Shown one piece after another: positions 10,608 through 20,639 of a stretch of DNA of 64,000 nucleotides. Position 1 is the stretch's first letter, and each line of letters starts with the position of its first letter. Below the pieces are notes generated by a model. That model did no database searches. It saw only the letters and a program-made list of their open reading frames with translations, and was not told the origin of the DNA. Source of the DNA: Chitinophagaceae bacterium. GTDB taxonomy: Bacteria; Bacteroidota; Bacteroidia; Chitinophagales; Chitinophagaceae. The position numbers and the translations under genes were made by a program. The stretch lies in assembly GCA_004297075.1 (NCBI GenBank), contig SCVK01000025.1, positions 11,139 through 75,138 of the forward strand, given 5' to 3'.

Positions 10608-10637
10608 AAAGAGAAAACCCCGGTTTTCTCTTTTTTT
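10608..10637 (+). terminator. Intrinsic terminator
   Basis: gagaaaacc-cc-ggttttctc stem followed by a T run. Confidence 0.7.
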
Positions 10638-10654
10638 ATACCCCATCACCTACC

Positions 10655-10770
10655 CTCTGTGCCCCTCTGTCCCTCCGTATCTCTGTGTTGAAAAAAACAC
10701 CGCTATTGAAAAAGACTGGTACAATCATGTATTTCAACACAGAGATACAGAGATAGGGAGTTGCACAGAG
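10655..10770. repeat. Intergenic inverted repeat (REP-like, CACAGAG type)
   Basis: 39-bp imperfect arms 10655-10693 and 10732-10770; inner part gtatctctgtgttgaaa/tttcaacacagagatac is perfect. Confidence 0.75.
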
Positions 10771-10811
10771 CGGCAGCTTTTTACCCAAACAAGTTCTTAA
10801 TTCTCCGTATA

Positions 10812-10854
10812 TGATTCAAATCACAAACTGACAGTTTTATGACAGTTAGATTTG
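10812..10854 (+). promoter_or_regulatory. Crp/Fnr-type box plus -7 promoter element of the fasciclin gene
   Basis: tgattcaaatca (10812-10823), 23-bp spacer, tagatttg (10847-10854); same geometry as three nos-cluster promoters. Confidence 0.7.
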
Positions 10855-10883
10855 ATCTCAGTTAACTACTTAAAACTGCACAT

Positions 10884-11450
10884 ATGAAAAAGAAATTACT
10901 AGTTGTAGCCGGTTTTGCGCTGATAGTAGCCGCTGGTTGCGAAAGCAAAACAGAAACCGCCACAGAAACCGCCAGTGCCCCGGCAGAACAGGCCGCCGGC
11001 CAATCGGGCGTACAGGATGAAACTTCGCAGAAAAACGTGGTACAGGTGGCCATGGGCAGCCAAGACCATACTACCCTGGTAACCGCTGTTAAAGCAGCCG
11101 AACTGGTAGATGCGTTAAGCAATGCCGGTCCCTTTACCGTATTTGCCCCCACCAATGCCGCCTTCGACAAATTACCAGCCGGCACTGTAGAAGGATTACT
11201 GAAGCCCGAGAAAAAAGAAGCCCTGACCGATATTCTGCAATACCATGTATCAGTAGGTGTGTACAAAGCAGAATCGCTGCAGGACGGGCAGATCCTGGGC
11301 CAGGTAAATGGCGGCAATATCACAGTTAGTAAAAAAGACGGAAAAATTATGCTGAACGGAACTGCTACCATTGTAGCATCTGTACCGGCATCTAATGGCA
11401 TTATACATGTGATTGATGGTGTGCTCTTACCACCACCAGCCGGGAACTAA
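10884..11450 (+). CDS. Fasciclin (FAS1) domain lipoprotein
   Basis: Lipobox AAGC, GPFTVFAPTNAAF, ILQYHV and ASNGIIHVIDGVLLP motifs. Confidence 0.92.
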   Translation: MKKKLLVVAGFALIVAAGCESKTETATETASAPAEQAAGQSGVQDETSQKNVVQVAMGSQDHTTLVTAVKAAELVDALSNAGPFTVFAPTNAAFDKLPAGTVEGLLKPEKKEALTDILQYHVSVGVYKAESLQDGQILGQVNGGNITVSKKDGKIMLNGTATIVASVPASNGIIHVIDGVLLPPPAGN

Positions 11451-11477
11451 AATTTTTTACTTGTTTTTTTAAGCGAT

Positions 11478-11508
11478 AAGCATGGGTATTCTTGCCCGTG
11501 CTTTTTTT
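11478..11508 (+). terminator. Intrinsic terminator
   Basis: aagcatggg...cccgtgctt stem with T tail. Confidence 0.7.
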
Positions 11509-11551
11509 GTTTACAACTTTATGACCTATCTACGAACGCATGTTCACTAAA

Positions 11552-12007
11552 GTCAGGGCTGAAGCCCGGCAGCAAGTTACAGTTTATATAACCCCAGCCT
11601 GAAGACTGGGGTTAATGGATCGAATACACTTGATCTGTATTAGCTACCTTAGGAATCTGCGTCATTCCTCAATCGATATTTCCTTCATATCACAACCATT
11701 CATTTTATAACCTCAGGCTTGGGCATGGGAATTAAGACAGTTTATTGATCTCTTTACGGGCTTTAGCTCACCAGATCAGGGCTGAAGCCCGGTATATGAA
11801 TGAGGCTGTTGTCCCCAGCCTGAAGGCTGGGGTTAATGGGTAGAAGAAGTTTAAGTTAGTTGGGGGCCTGGGAATATGTATCATTTCCCTGCGGTCATTT
11901 CTTTCGCATCATAACCCAATCATTTTTATAACTCCATGCTTCAGCATGGGGTTAACAACTCATAACTGTTTGCGGGGCTTCAGCCCTGACCTTAGGGGCT
12001 ATGCTCA
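11552..12007. repeat. Two tandem REPIN/BIME-like composite palindromic units (223-bp period)
   Basis: Each unit: GGGCTGAAGCCC hairpin, CCCCAGCCTGAAGGCTGGGG hairpin, ~90-bp spacer, then inverted versions. GGGCTGAAGCCC occurs at 11556 and 11779. Confidence 0.8.
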
Positions 12008-12127
12008 ACCGTAGTAAAGAGAGGAAGCAATCTGCCGAAATCGATTTCGTAACTAAACGCTGTTGAAAAGAAACCGCTTTCTTCTTTTATATAACTTACC
12101 AGTTTCTATGAATGAATATATCCAACT

Positions 12128-13693
12128 ATGCACCATACAGTATCTACCATGAATAAAATACAGAAAGCCGGGTTTACAGGTTTATTGCTGTTACTGCTGT
12201 TTTCATTGCCCGTTATGTCACGTAACCTATCAAGCCATGCATTTTACAGTGTAAAAGACTATGGTGCCAAAGGGGATGGAAAAAGTCTTGATACCAAACA
12301 GATCAATGCAACCATTGATGCAGCGGCACTGGCGGGTGGAGGAACCGTTTATTTTCCGGCAGGAAACTATATAACGGGCTCAATACATCTCAAGAGTAAT
12401 ATTACGCTTTATATAGATCGCGCTGCGGTAATCATTGCTGCCTCGCGCGAGGATTCTACTGAATACGATAAAATTGAGCCGGTTAGCGAAAGCAAAACCA
12501 AATACACCGACCTAGGACATAACCGTTTTCACAACAGCCTTATCTGGGGCGAAAACCTGCACGACATAGGAATCGTAGGCGGCGGCATGATCTGGGGAAA
12601 AGGTTTATTGGGTGGCGAAGTGAAAGGCGGCAGTAATTATGCCAATAAATCCATAGCGTTGTTATTGTGCCGCAATGTTATTATTCAGAATATCATTATC
12701 AAACATGGAGGATGGTTTGGTATACTGGCCACAGGAGTGGATCATCTTACCATTGACAATGTAATCATGGATACCAACCGCGACGGTATGGATATTGACT
12801 GTTGCCAATATGTACATATTTCCAATTGCACCATCAATTCCCCATCCGACGATGCCATCTGCCTGAAAAGTTCTTTTGCCCTGGGTTATACAAGAGCCAC
12901 CAAAAATGTAACTATCACCAATTGTATTGTAAGCGGATATTTTGAAGGCAGTGTACTGGATGGTACTTATCGGAAAGACTATCGGAAAGCACCTACCGGC
13001 AGAATTAAAATGGGTACTGAATCCAATGGTGGTTTTCAGAATATAGCCATCTCCAATTGCGTATTTGACCATTGCAGAGGGTTGGCACTGGAATCGGTGG
13101 ACGGCGCTTTACTCGAAGATATCAGCGTGAACAATATCACCATGCGCGATGTTACCAATTCGCCCTTTTTTATCCGCCTCGGAGCCAGAATGCGGGGACC
13201 GGACAGTTTGGTCATTGGCCAATGCCGCCGGATAAATATCAGTAATATAAATGTATACAATGCTACAGACGACAGCTCAGCCTCGATCATCAGCGGAATA
13301 CCAGGGCATGATATTACAGATGTTGAAATGAGTAATATCCATATTTATTATAAAGGGGGAGGCACAAAAAATATGGATACCATTCAGGTACCTGAATTTG
13401 AAAAAAGATATCCTGATCCCAATAAGTTTGGTGTGATACCTGCCTATGGCTTTTTTATAAGACATGTTACCAATATGGTGATGCACGATATCACAATTGA
13501 ATTTCTGAAAGATGATTTCAGGCCACCCTTCATCCTCAGCCAGGTTACCGGCGCTACGTTCAGGCATGTAAAAGCACAGAAGGTGAAAGAAGCTGGTTTC
13601 TTTATACTGGACCAGGTAAAGGATTTTACACTTCAGGATTTTCCGGGACTGAAAGATGTAAAGCTGAAAGATGTGGTCCGTAAAACATTATAA
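12128..13693 (+). CDS. Glycoside hydrolase family 28 (polygalacturonase-like), exported
   Basis: Signal peptide, VKDYGAKGDG, NRDGMDID, DDAICLKS and RIKMGTES GH28 motifs. Confidence 0.88.
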   Translation: MHHTVSTMNKIQKAGFTGLLLLLLFSLPVMSRNLSSHAFYSVKDYGAKGDGKSLDTKQINATIDAAALAGGGTVYFPAGNYITGSIHLKSNITLYIDRAAVIIAASREDSTEYDKIEPVSESKTKYTDLGHNRFHNSLIWGENLHDIGIVGGGMIWGKGLLGGEVKGGSNYANKSIALLLCRNVIIQNIIIKHGGWFGILATGVDHLTIDNVIMDTNRDGMDIDCCQYVHISNCTINSPSDDAICLKSSFALGYTRATKNVTITNCIVSGYFEGSVLDGTYRKDYRKAPTGRIKMGTESNGGFQNIAISNCVFDHCRGLALESVDGALLEDISVNNITMRDVTNSPFFIRLGARMRGPDSLVIGQCRRINISNINVYNATDDSSASIISGIPGHDITDVEMSNIHIYYKGGGTKNMDTIQVPEFEKRYPDPNKFGVIPAYGFFIRHVTNMVMHDITIEFLKDDFRPPFILSQVTGATFRHVKAQKVKEAGFFILDQVKDFTLQDFPGLKDVKLKDVVRKTL

Positions 13694-13729
13694 ACTGAAA
13701 CAGCAGATAACTCAGGGGCAGCCCTACTT

Positions 13730-14548
13730 TTATAGCGCCGAAAGAAAATCAAGAAGATGTTTATTGAATAATTGAGGTTGTTCAAGATTGGATACATGAC
13801 CCGCATCCTCGATCACATGCAGAACTGATCCTTCTATGGCTGTATGCATGCTTTCTGATTGCGCCAGTGGTGTAACCGAATCCCTCCTGCCGCAAATAAT
13901 CAATGTAGGCAAGCGTATGCCACTTAGTGAAGAGCAGGTTTCTGCACGTTCGGCCAGCGCGGTTAGTCCCATGGAGATGATATGCGGAGAATTGGCAAAT
14001 ACTACCTTACGCAGACTTTCGACTAATTCCTTTTTATCACGGAAAGAATCCGCATGAAAGACTTTTTTGAGAAACCCTTCATTGAAATCAGTTACCCCAT
14101 TTACCGCTATAGCATCAATACTCTTATAGCGCTTAGTCTTTATTTCAGCCGTATCGGCTATACACTGTGTATCACATAAAATCAATGCTGCAAACCGATC
14201 AGGGAATCTTTGCACGGCATTCAGGGCTATAAAACCGCCCATAGACAAGCCGCAAACAATCGCTTTCTTAATATGCAAAGTGTTCATAAACGCAACCAGA
14301 TCTTCACCAAACAAATCCATACTCAGCGAAGACACTTCGTCAGTCGATTTTCCAAAACCTCTTATATCACAGGCAATTACCCGGTAATCAGTCTTTAACG
14401 ATGCCAGTTGCCCCTGCCACATCGATTTATCAAAAGGAAAACCATGCAGAAAGATAACCGGAACATTCCCTTCACCGAGATCATCATAAGATAATAAAAA
14501 GTGATTAACCGGTATTGTCAGATGGCAACCTTTACTTGCGTTTGGCAT
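13730..14548 (-). CDS. Alpha/beta hydrolase (3-oxoadipate enol-lactonase-like)
   Basis: HGFPFD, GLSMGG nucleophile elbow, AGHVSNLE. Start moved to 14548 to avoid overlap with the upstream gene. Confidence 0.85.
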   Translation of the reverse strand: MPNASKGCHLTIPVNHFLLSYDDLGEGNVPVIFLHGFPFDKSMWQGQLASLKTDYRVIACDIRGFGKSTDEVSSLSMDLFGEDLVAFMNTLHIKKAIVCGLSMGGFIALNAVQRFPDRFAALILCDTQCIADTAEIKTKRYKSIDAIAVNGVTDFNEGFLKKVFHADSFRDKKELVESLRKVVFANSPHIISMGLTALAERAETCSSLSGIRLPTLIICGRRDSVTPLAQSESMHTAIEGSVLHVIEDAGHVSNLEQPQLFNKHLLDFLSAL

Positions 14549-14558
14549 AGATAGTATT

Positions 14559-15230
14559 TTAAAACATTTCTTTGGTAATGAGATCTTCTTTAACACCTAT
14601 ATTGATTAACTGCTTTTCTATTTCCTTCATCATGGGCGGTGGACCACAGATATAAAAAGGCTGTGTAAAATCAGATACATGGGCTTTCAGGAATGCTTCT
14701 GTTATTCTTCCATACTGATAACCTTCTACCTCCTGATCGGATAAGATGTTCACAAATGCATCGCCGAGCAAGGTTTCGAATTCGTTTTCGAGAATAATAT
14801 CCGCCTGGGTTTTGTTGGCAAACAGTAACTGGTTTTTACCGATTTCACTTTTGACCTTCAGGTCTCTGAATATGGAAATAAAGGGCGTAACCCCTGCCCC
14901 ACCGGCTATAAAAACACCTTCGCCTTTATAGGTAATGGCCCCGAAAACGGCATGTGCCACTAACTCGTCATGTTGCTGCAAATGCAATAACTCGTTGGTT
15001 ACACCTTCTTTTTCCGGATAGGTTTTGATCGTAAACTCCAGAAAATCATCAGTTGGCAAACTCGTAAAAGTGAAAGGCCTTTCTGCTTCCAGCCAATCAG
15101 TTTTGTTAATAGCGATTTGCGTAGCCTGACCGGGCAGGAATTCAAATCCTTTGGGCTTGTCTGTAACTATTCGTAACACATCATGTGTGATATGATGGAT
15201 AGAGGCTATTTTGATAATATGATTTTCCAT
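14559..15230 (-). CDS. Ferredoxin/flavodoxin-NAD(P) reductase family protein
   Basis: RPFTFTS, IAGGAGVTPF and YICGPPPMM motifs. Confidence 0.87.
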   Translation of the reverse strand: MENHIIKIASIHHITHDVLRIVTDKPKGFEFLPGQATQIAINKTDWLEAERPFTFTSLPTDDFLEFTIKTYPEKEGVTNELLHLQQHDELVAHAVFGAITYKGEGVFIAGGAGVTPFISIFRDLKVKSEIGKNQLLFANKTQADIILENEFETLLGDAFVNILSDQEVEGYQYGRITEAFLKAHVSDFTQPFYICGPPPMMKEIEKQLINIGVKEDLITKEMF

Positions 15231-15367
15231 AGTAGTATTTACAACTGTTAAACCGGACATTGTAACACTTGCAAACCTACAGATGGATCTACCGGGTCAT
15301 CTTACACTAATCATCACAAGAATTACATGATTTACGCTTTACTCTTTCCTACTATTCAGTCCGGTTA

Positions 15368-15595
15368 TCGGGGCTGAAGCCCAGTATAGTGGATGCGATT
15401 ATTCCCCCAGCCTGAAGGCTGGGGTTAATGAAGAGGAAAAGATCAGCTGTATTAACTGATTTAAAAAAATCCATGTTTATCATCTCCCCCTATAATACAA
15501 GCGCTGAAACATTTATAACCCCATGCTTCAGCATGGGGGTTAACAACTCATGATTATTTGCGGGGCTTCAGCCCTGACCTTAGGGGCTATGCTCA
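15368..15595. repeat. Third copy of the REPIN-like composite unit
   Basis: Same four hairpins; terminal 39 bp (15557-15595) identical to 11969-12007. Confidence 0.82.
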
Positions 15596-15786
15596 GCAGC
15601 AGGTTACTGTTGGTTGGTGGCAACCAACTGCAGCCGGAGACCATCACTACGTTGTAGCAATTCGGGAATAGCCTGTGGTTTGGTTAAAAGGGATTCTGCC
15701 GGACAGTATCTCTAAACTTCGCCTTTTAGTTATACATTTAGTTTCAATGCCTCATAGGCAGCTGGCAATCATTAAAATATGCTCAG

Positions 15787-17436
15787 ATGAAATATGCGCT
15801 ATTCTGTTTCTTGCTCTTTACCTGCCCAACGTTGGGATGGGGACAAGCTAAGACTCCCGTTGAAAAGATTCTGATAAGCGCTAAAAAAAAGAAAACCGGT
15901 GTATCCACCAGCGAAAAAGGAGAATTACAGATAAGTGTATCTCCCGGGGATTTACAAAAATTCAAAAAAAGAGGTTGGGTTCGTTATAGTGACTTCGGCG
16001 CAAGGGGTGATGGAAAAACCGATGATATGGATGCTATAGCGGCAACACATGCAGTGGCCAATCAGTACGAACTGTCGGTAAAAGCGGATGAGGGTGCTAC
16101 GTATTATATTGGCGGGAAAGATCGTACTGCAGTAATCCAAACCAACACAGATTTCGGAAGGGCAGCCTTCATCATCGATGATACCGAAGTGCAAAACCGG
16201 AATGCATCCGTTTTTATTGTCAGCTCTGTATTACAACCCATTAAATTGGAAACGATCCCTGTCTTAAAGAGAAATCAGCAGCAAATCGGGCAATCACTGC
16301 CCCAGCCCTGCCTTATCACTGTTACCAATGCAAATGTAAAACGTTATATACGTTTCGGACTCAATCAAAACAACGGCGCTTCTCAAACAGATATTTTTGT
16401 GGCTGACAAAAACGGGAACCTGGACAGGAACGCCCCTATTATCTGGGACTTCGACCAGGTTACTGATATCACCGCTCTTCCCATAGATGAGAACACGCTA
16501 ACCATTACCGGTGGGCGCTTTACCACCATTGCCAATAAAGCGGAATCAAAGTACACGTATTATAACCGGAATATCGCCATCAGGCGTTCTCATGTAATTG
16601 TACAGGGGCTTGAGCATCGCGTTACCGGTGAAGGAGAGCATGGAGCGCCGTATGGCGGATTTATCAATATTGGTGATTGCGCCTATGTAACCGTTAAGAA
16701 CTCCGTGCTTACCGGTCACAAAACATATGTTACCATTGGGGCTGCGGGTAAACCCGTTTCGATGGGTAGTTATGATCTTTCGGTGAACCGTGCCCTTAAT
16801 GTATCGATCGTGAACTGCGGCCAGACAAATGATATCAATGACAAAACATACTGGGGAATCATGGGGTCTAACTACAGCAAAAATCTGTTGTATGATTCAT
16901 GTACTTTTTCCCGTTTCGATGCCCATATGGGTGTTGCCAACGCTACCATCCGCAACTCTACCCTCGGACACATGGGTTTGAATGCCATTGGCAGCGGGGT
17001 ACTGACCGTAGAGAATTCAACCATTAACGGCTACTCCTTCATTAATCTCCGCCCCGATTATGGCAGTACCTGGCAGGGAGAAATTTTTATCCGCAACTGC
17101 ATTTTTGTACCCGCCGACGGCAGGCCCATCAGTAGCAGCCTGATTGGCGGCGCTAATTCCGGTCAGCATGATTTTGGCTACACTTGTTATATGCCAGAAC
17201 GGATCACGATCGAGAACCTTCGTATCAACGATTCCAATCATCCGGGATCTTACCAGGGTCCCGCCATTTTTTCAAATATCAATCCGGAAATGAAAGATGC
17301 TTCTTACCGGGAACTATTTCCCGTTGTAAGACCCAAAGAGGTCATTCTCCGGAATATTACCACGGCCAGCGGAATGAAACTGAGGCTGAGCGATAACCCC
17401 ATTATGTTTAAGGATGTAAAAGTAGTGACCGATTAA
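15787..17436 (+). CDS. Exported right-handed beta-helix protein, probable polysaccharide-active enzyme
   Basis: Signal peptide, VRYSDFGARGDGKTDD (pectate_lyase_3-like start), repeated Asn/Ser/Thr-rich beta-helix rungs. Confidence 0.6.
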   Translation: MKYALFCFLLFTCPTLGWGQAKTPVEKILISAKKKKTGVSTSEKGELQISVSPGDLQKFKKRGWVRYSDFGARGDGKTDDMDAIAATHAVANQYELSVKADEGATYYIGGKDRTAVIQTNTDFGRAAFIIDDTEVQNRNASVFIVSSVLQPIKLETIPVLKRNQQQIGQSLPQPCLITVTNANVKRYIRFGLNQNNGASQTDIFVADKNGNLDRNAPIIWDFDQVTDITALPIDENTLTITGGRFTTIANKAESKYTYYNRNIAIRRSHVIVQGLEHRVTGEGEHGAPYGGFINIGDCAYVTVKNSVLTGHKTYVTIGAAGKPVSMGSYDLSVNRALNVSIVNCGQTNDINDKTYWGIMGSNYSKNLLYDSCTFSRFDAHMGVANATIRNSTLGHMGLNAIGSGVLTVENSTINGYSFINLRPDYGSTWQGEIFIRNCIFVPADGRPISSSLIGGANSGQHDFGYTCYMPERITIENLRINDSNHPGSYQGPAIFSNINPEMKDASYRELFPVVRPKEVILRNITTASGMKLRLSDNPIMFKDVKVVTD

Positions 17437-17481
17437 TAGAGGATATGATAACGACCATCCATGGTACAGGATTTGTACTGA

Positions 17482-17877
17482 TCATAATAGATGCTGTTCT
17501 ATTCGGTATTGCAGAATCTTCTCTTCCATCACTGCGGCAATACTGATGGCCCTTTGCCGGGCGAGGGAGGCTTTTTCTCCCTCAAAATTGTCATCCACCG
17601 TTTCCAGGAAAATATCTACCCAGCGGGAAAAATGTTTACTGTCGAGCGGGCGGATATGGTGCAGGTGTTTGTGCAGGTTCATCGGATTGCCGGAATAGGT
17701 ACCGGTGAAGAACAGGGCATTATCCCAGAAATCATACATGATAGGCAGGTGTTTCTCCCAATTCATTTTCACTATATTAGAGAAGATGAAGCCGATCACA
17801 TCATCTTCCGTTACTTTCCGGTAAAATTCATTTACCAGCAGTTCTATATCAGCACGGTTCTCAATATCTCTTTTCAT
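17482..17877 (-). CDS. Group III truncated haemoglobin
   Basis: IELLVNEFYRKV, IGFIF, WEKHLPIMYDFW, YSGNPMNLH, HFSRWVDIF. Confidence 0.88.
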   Translation of the reverse strand: MKRDIENRADIELLVNEFYRKVTEDDVIGFIFSNIVKMNWEKHLPIMYDFWDNALFFTGTYSGNPMNLHKHLHHIRPLDSKHFSRWVDIFLETVDDNFEGEKASLARQRAISIAAVMEEKILQYRIEQHLL

Positions 17878-17902
17878 AGAAAACAGGATTAAGCAGTTCA
17901 GA

Positions 17903-18670
17903 TCAAAGGTCTTTGCGGTTAAAATTTCGCACCGATAACCAGACGGGCAAACTTACCCAGGTTAACAGCACCAGCAGCGAGATCAGCATGCCGGTAGTGG
18001 TACCAAAAAAATCTTTAAAAATAGCACCGGTATACCCCATCATCGCAGATACATCCAGTTGAAGCAGAATCAGGATCCGGGACAGATCAATGGGATTTAA
18101 CGCACTCACTCCCACCATCGCTTTCTCCAGCGGATAATCGGCGAACTGGAACAGGAGAAATAATACAAGCCCATCAAACAGAATTGAAAAATACACCCAC
18201 AGCAGAATGGCCATTCCAATGCCTTTGGCTTTGTCGCGGGTTTTTACCGCGGCCAGCATGGCAATGGCCACAAAAATGATACTCAACAGAATGCCCACCC
18301 CGATCATCAGAAACCCAACCATATTGGCCTCATACAACAACACGGGAATACCCACTCCAATAAAAAAGGCGATGGACAAAGAGCCCGCCAAACCAATAAA
18401 AAGGCTGATCCAGATGCTTTTCCGTTTCAGTGGCTGGCTTACCAGCAGTTCAATAAACTCTGCACTGTTATACACGTAGATGGTAGAGAATATGATACTG
18501 ATCAACGGCACTATGAGCAGGATAATATTCAACAGGCTCAGTAATCCTTTACTGCTGTTGTCTTCCAGACTAAACACGCTGAACGATGCCACCAATAAAA
18601 AAAGCAGGTACACCAGCACAATCCGGTTCCGCAGTATATCAGCCATTACATATTTGATGATCTTTTTCAT
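17903..18670 (-). CDS. nosY: NosY, ABC permease for CuZ maturation
   Basis: Hydrophobic, EFIELLVSQP and LNPIDLSR motifs; follows nosF. Confidence 0.85.
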   Translation of the reverse strand: MKKIIKYVMADILRNRIVLVYLLFLLVASFSVFSLEDNSSKGLLSLLNIILLIVPLISIIFSTIYVYNSAEFIELLVSQPLKRKSIWISLFIGLAGSLSIAFFIGVGIPVLLYEANMVGFLMIGVGILLSIIFVAIAMLAAVKTRDKAKGIGMAILLWVYFSILFDGLVLFLLFQFADYPLEKAMVGVSALNPIDLSRILILLQLDVSAMMGYTGAIFKDFFGTTTGMLISLLVLLTWVSLPVWLSVRNFNRKDL

Positions 18671-19380
18671 ATTGTAGATGCATTTAACATGACATGCGCA
18701 ATGGCTTTGGACAATTTTTCCTGACCGGTATCTTCGCGCAGCGCTTCAATGGTTTTGTGAAAGCGGAGTTCTCCATCCTGCATATAAATGACCTGTGTTA
18801 CCAGGTCGTCCAGCTCGCTCAGCACATGCGAGGTTACGAGCACCAGTTTGCCTTTCTGTTTTTCGCGGATAATTTTTTCTTTCAGTATCTCAGAGGAAAC
18901 AGGATCCAGTCCGGCCGTAGGTTCATCTAAGATCAATACCTGCGGATCAAACAGAAATGCCAGGCAGGCACTTACTTTCTGGCGGGTACCACCCGAGAGG
19001 GTGCGCATCCGTTTCTGTTTCAGTTCCTCCAGTCCAAAAGCGGCAACCAGCTCTTCATCAATAGCACTTTTGTGCTGGCGGATATCTTTCATCATATTCA
19101 ACACATCCACGATCCGCATATTATCTGGGTAGCGACCGATCTGAGGCATATAACCGATCTCGCTCCTGTACTGCCAGTGATGCAGGATGTTATTGCCATT
19201 GAAAGTGATAAAGCCACTATCAGGCACTACCATACCCAGTATACTTTTGATCAGGGTGGTTTTACCGCTACCATTGGGGCCGATCAATGCAATACATTCG
19301 CCTTTGTTACAGGTAACCGATACATTCTGCAATGCCTGCAGTTTGCCGAATTTCTTAGAAACATTATTGGCTAGGATCAT
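18667..19380 (-). CDS. nosF: NosF, ABC ATPase
   Basis: GPNGSGKT, LSGGTRQK, ILDEPTAGLD; lies between nosD and nosY. Confidence 0.88.
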   Translation of the reverse strand: MILANNVSKKFGKLQALQNVSVTCNKGECIALIGPNGSGKTTLIKSILGMVVPDSGFITFNGNNILHHWQYRSEIGYMPQIGRYPDNMRIVDVLNMMKDIRQHKSAIDEELVAAFGLEELKQKRMRTLSGGTRQKVSACLAFLFDPQVLILDEPTAGLDPVSSEILKEKIIREKQKGKLVLVTSHVLSELDDLVTQVIYMQDGELRFHKTIEALREDTGQEKLSKAIAHVMLNASTI

Positions 19381-19406
19381 ATCAGGTTCTTTAATCAGTT
19401 GGTTGA

Positions 19407-20639
19407 TCAGAATAATCTTTTCATCTGTGGGCGGCTATCCTTCAATCCCTCGGGTGTTAAACTGGGTAATACTTTTTCGGTTTTGTCCAGCAGCGTAGTA
19501 ATAAAACTCCGGAACAGCAACATAGCCGGTGGATTCTTCTCCACGATCATTGAATACATACTTACAGGACGATAGGGCACATCGCCCACTTTATCTTTGT
19601 TCAGATCATACCCGTCGTATTTATCCCAGTAATTACTGTTGAAAGTGTTCAGCACCAATGAGCCATTGGTACCCACATCAAATGTGTTACTAATGAAATT
19701 ATTTTTGGTTACTTCTATATCCATGCAGCTGGCCTGGATCTTCATACCCCAGCCATTGTTCTGAAACTGGTTCTTCTGCATATGAATACGGCTGGCACCT
19801 TCCATATAAATACCGCTGGTGTTTTTAACAAAAGTGTTCCCGTCTATATAGCTGTCTGATATCTCTTTTAACAACAAACCATAAGCGGCATCACCCCAGT
19901 TTTCTTCAAACACATTACTGTACATTTTAACGCCATGCGAATACATAACTGCCACACCTGCTCCATTGTGTGTGAAGTGATTGAAGATATAAGCGTCGTT
20001 ATGCGAGAACATAAAGTGTAAACCATAACGAATATTGCGGAAAGAATTATTTCGCCAGATCACCGAGTTGGTTACAAATTCAAAATAGATCCCATCCCTC
20101 TGGCCGCTTATCGTATTGCCGATGATCTGCAAGCTGTCGCTTTTCCAGCAATGAATGCCGTTACCACTCTGCTGCTCTTCCTGTGCATACGCAGTGATGC
20201 GGTTATTCTCGATAATGCAATGCTTCCCATATTGTACGTAAATGCCAAAGAAGGTATCCTCCAGAATATTATTCCTGATCACCACATCGCGGCTATCATA
20301 GATCTTAATGCCCCCCATATCTTCAATACTGGATACGCCGGAATGTATAATGCGGAATCCCTCTACCACTACCCCATCTGTTTTAACGGAGATTACTTCG
20401 TATTTTTTTTCACCGTCCAGTACCGGGTATCCGGTTCCCTTCAGTACAATTTTTTTGGCGATAACGAGGTTTTTTTCGCGGTACAGGCCCGCAAACACCA
20501 GCACCGTATCGCCTGTGCTGGCCGCTTTAACAGCAGCCGTAACGGTTGCATATTCCTTGTTTTTGCCAACCTGCCGGGTAGTTGCCTGTAGGTTGGTTAC
20601 AAGAACACACAAAGAGAATATAAAGAGAAGGTATTTCAT
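19407..20639 (-). CDS. nosD: NosD periplasmic maturation protein
   Basis: Beta-helix with GNGIHCW, RDGIYFEF, RYGLHFMFSH and NYWDKYDGYDLNKDKVGDVPY. Confidence 0.92.
   Translation of the reverse strand: MKYLLFIFSLCVLVTNLQATTRQVGKNKEYATVTAAVKAASTGDTVLVFAGLYREKNLVIAKKIVLKGTGYPVLDGEKKYEVISVKTDGVVVEGFRIIHSGVSSIEDMGGIKIYDSRDVVIRNNILEDTFFGIYVQYGKHCIIENNRITAYAQEEQQSGNGIHCWKSDSLQIIGNTISGQRDGIYFEFVTNSVIWRNNSFRNIRYGLHFMFSHNDAYIFNHFTHNGAGVAVMYSHGVKMYSNVFEENWGDAAYGLLLKEISDSYIDGNTFVKNTSGIYMEGASRIHMQKNQFQNNGWGMKIQASCMDIEVTKNNFISNTFDVGTNGSLVLNTFNSNYWDKYDGYDLNKDKVGDVPYRPVSMYSMIVEKNPPAMLLFRSFITTLLDKTEKVLPSLTPEGLKDSRPQMKRLF

Noticed and set aside
11552-12007. Possible CRISPR array
   Set aside because: Repeats alternate in type and orientation, spacers are uneven (about 20-95 bp) and related between units, and no cas genes are present. 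The pattern fits a REP/REPIN organisation.
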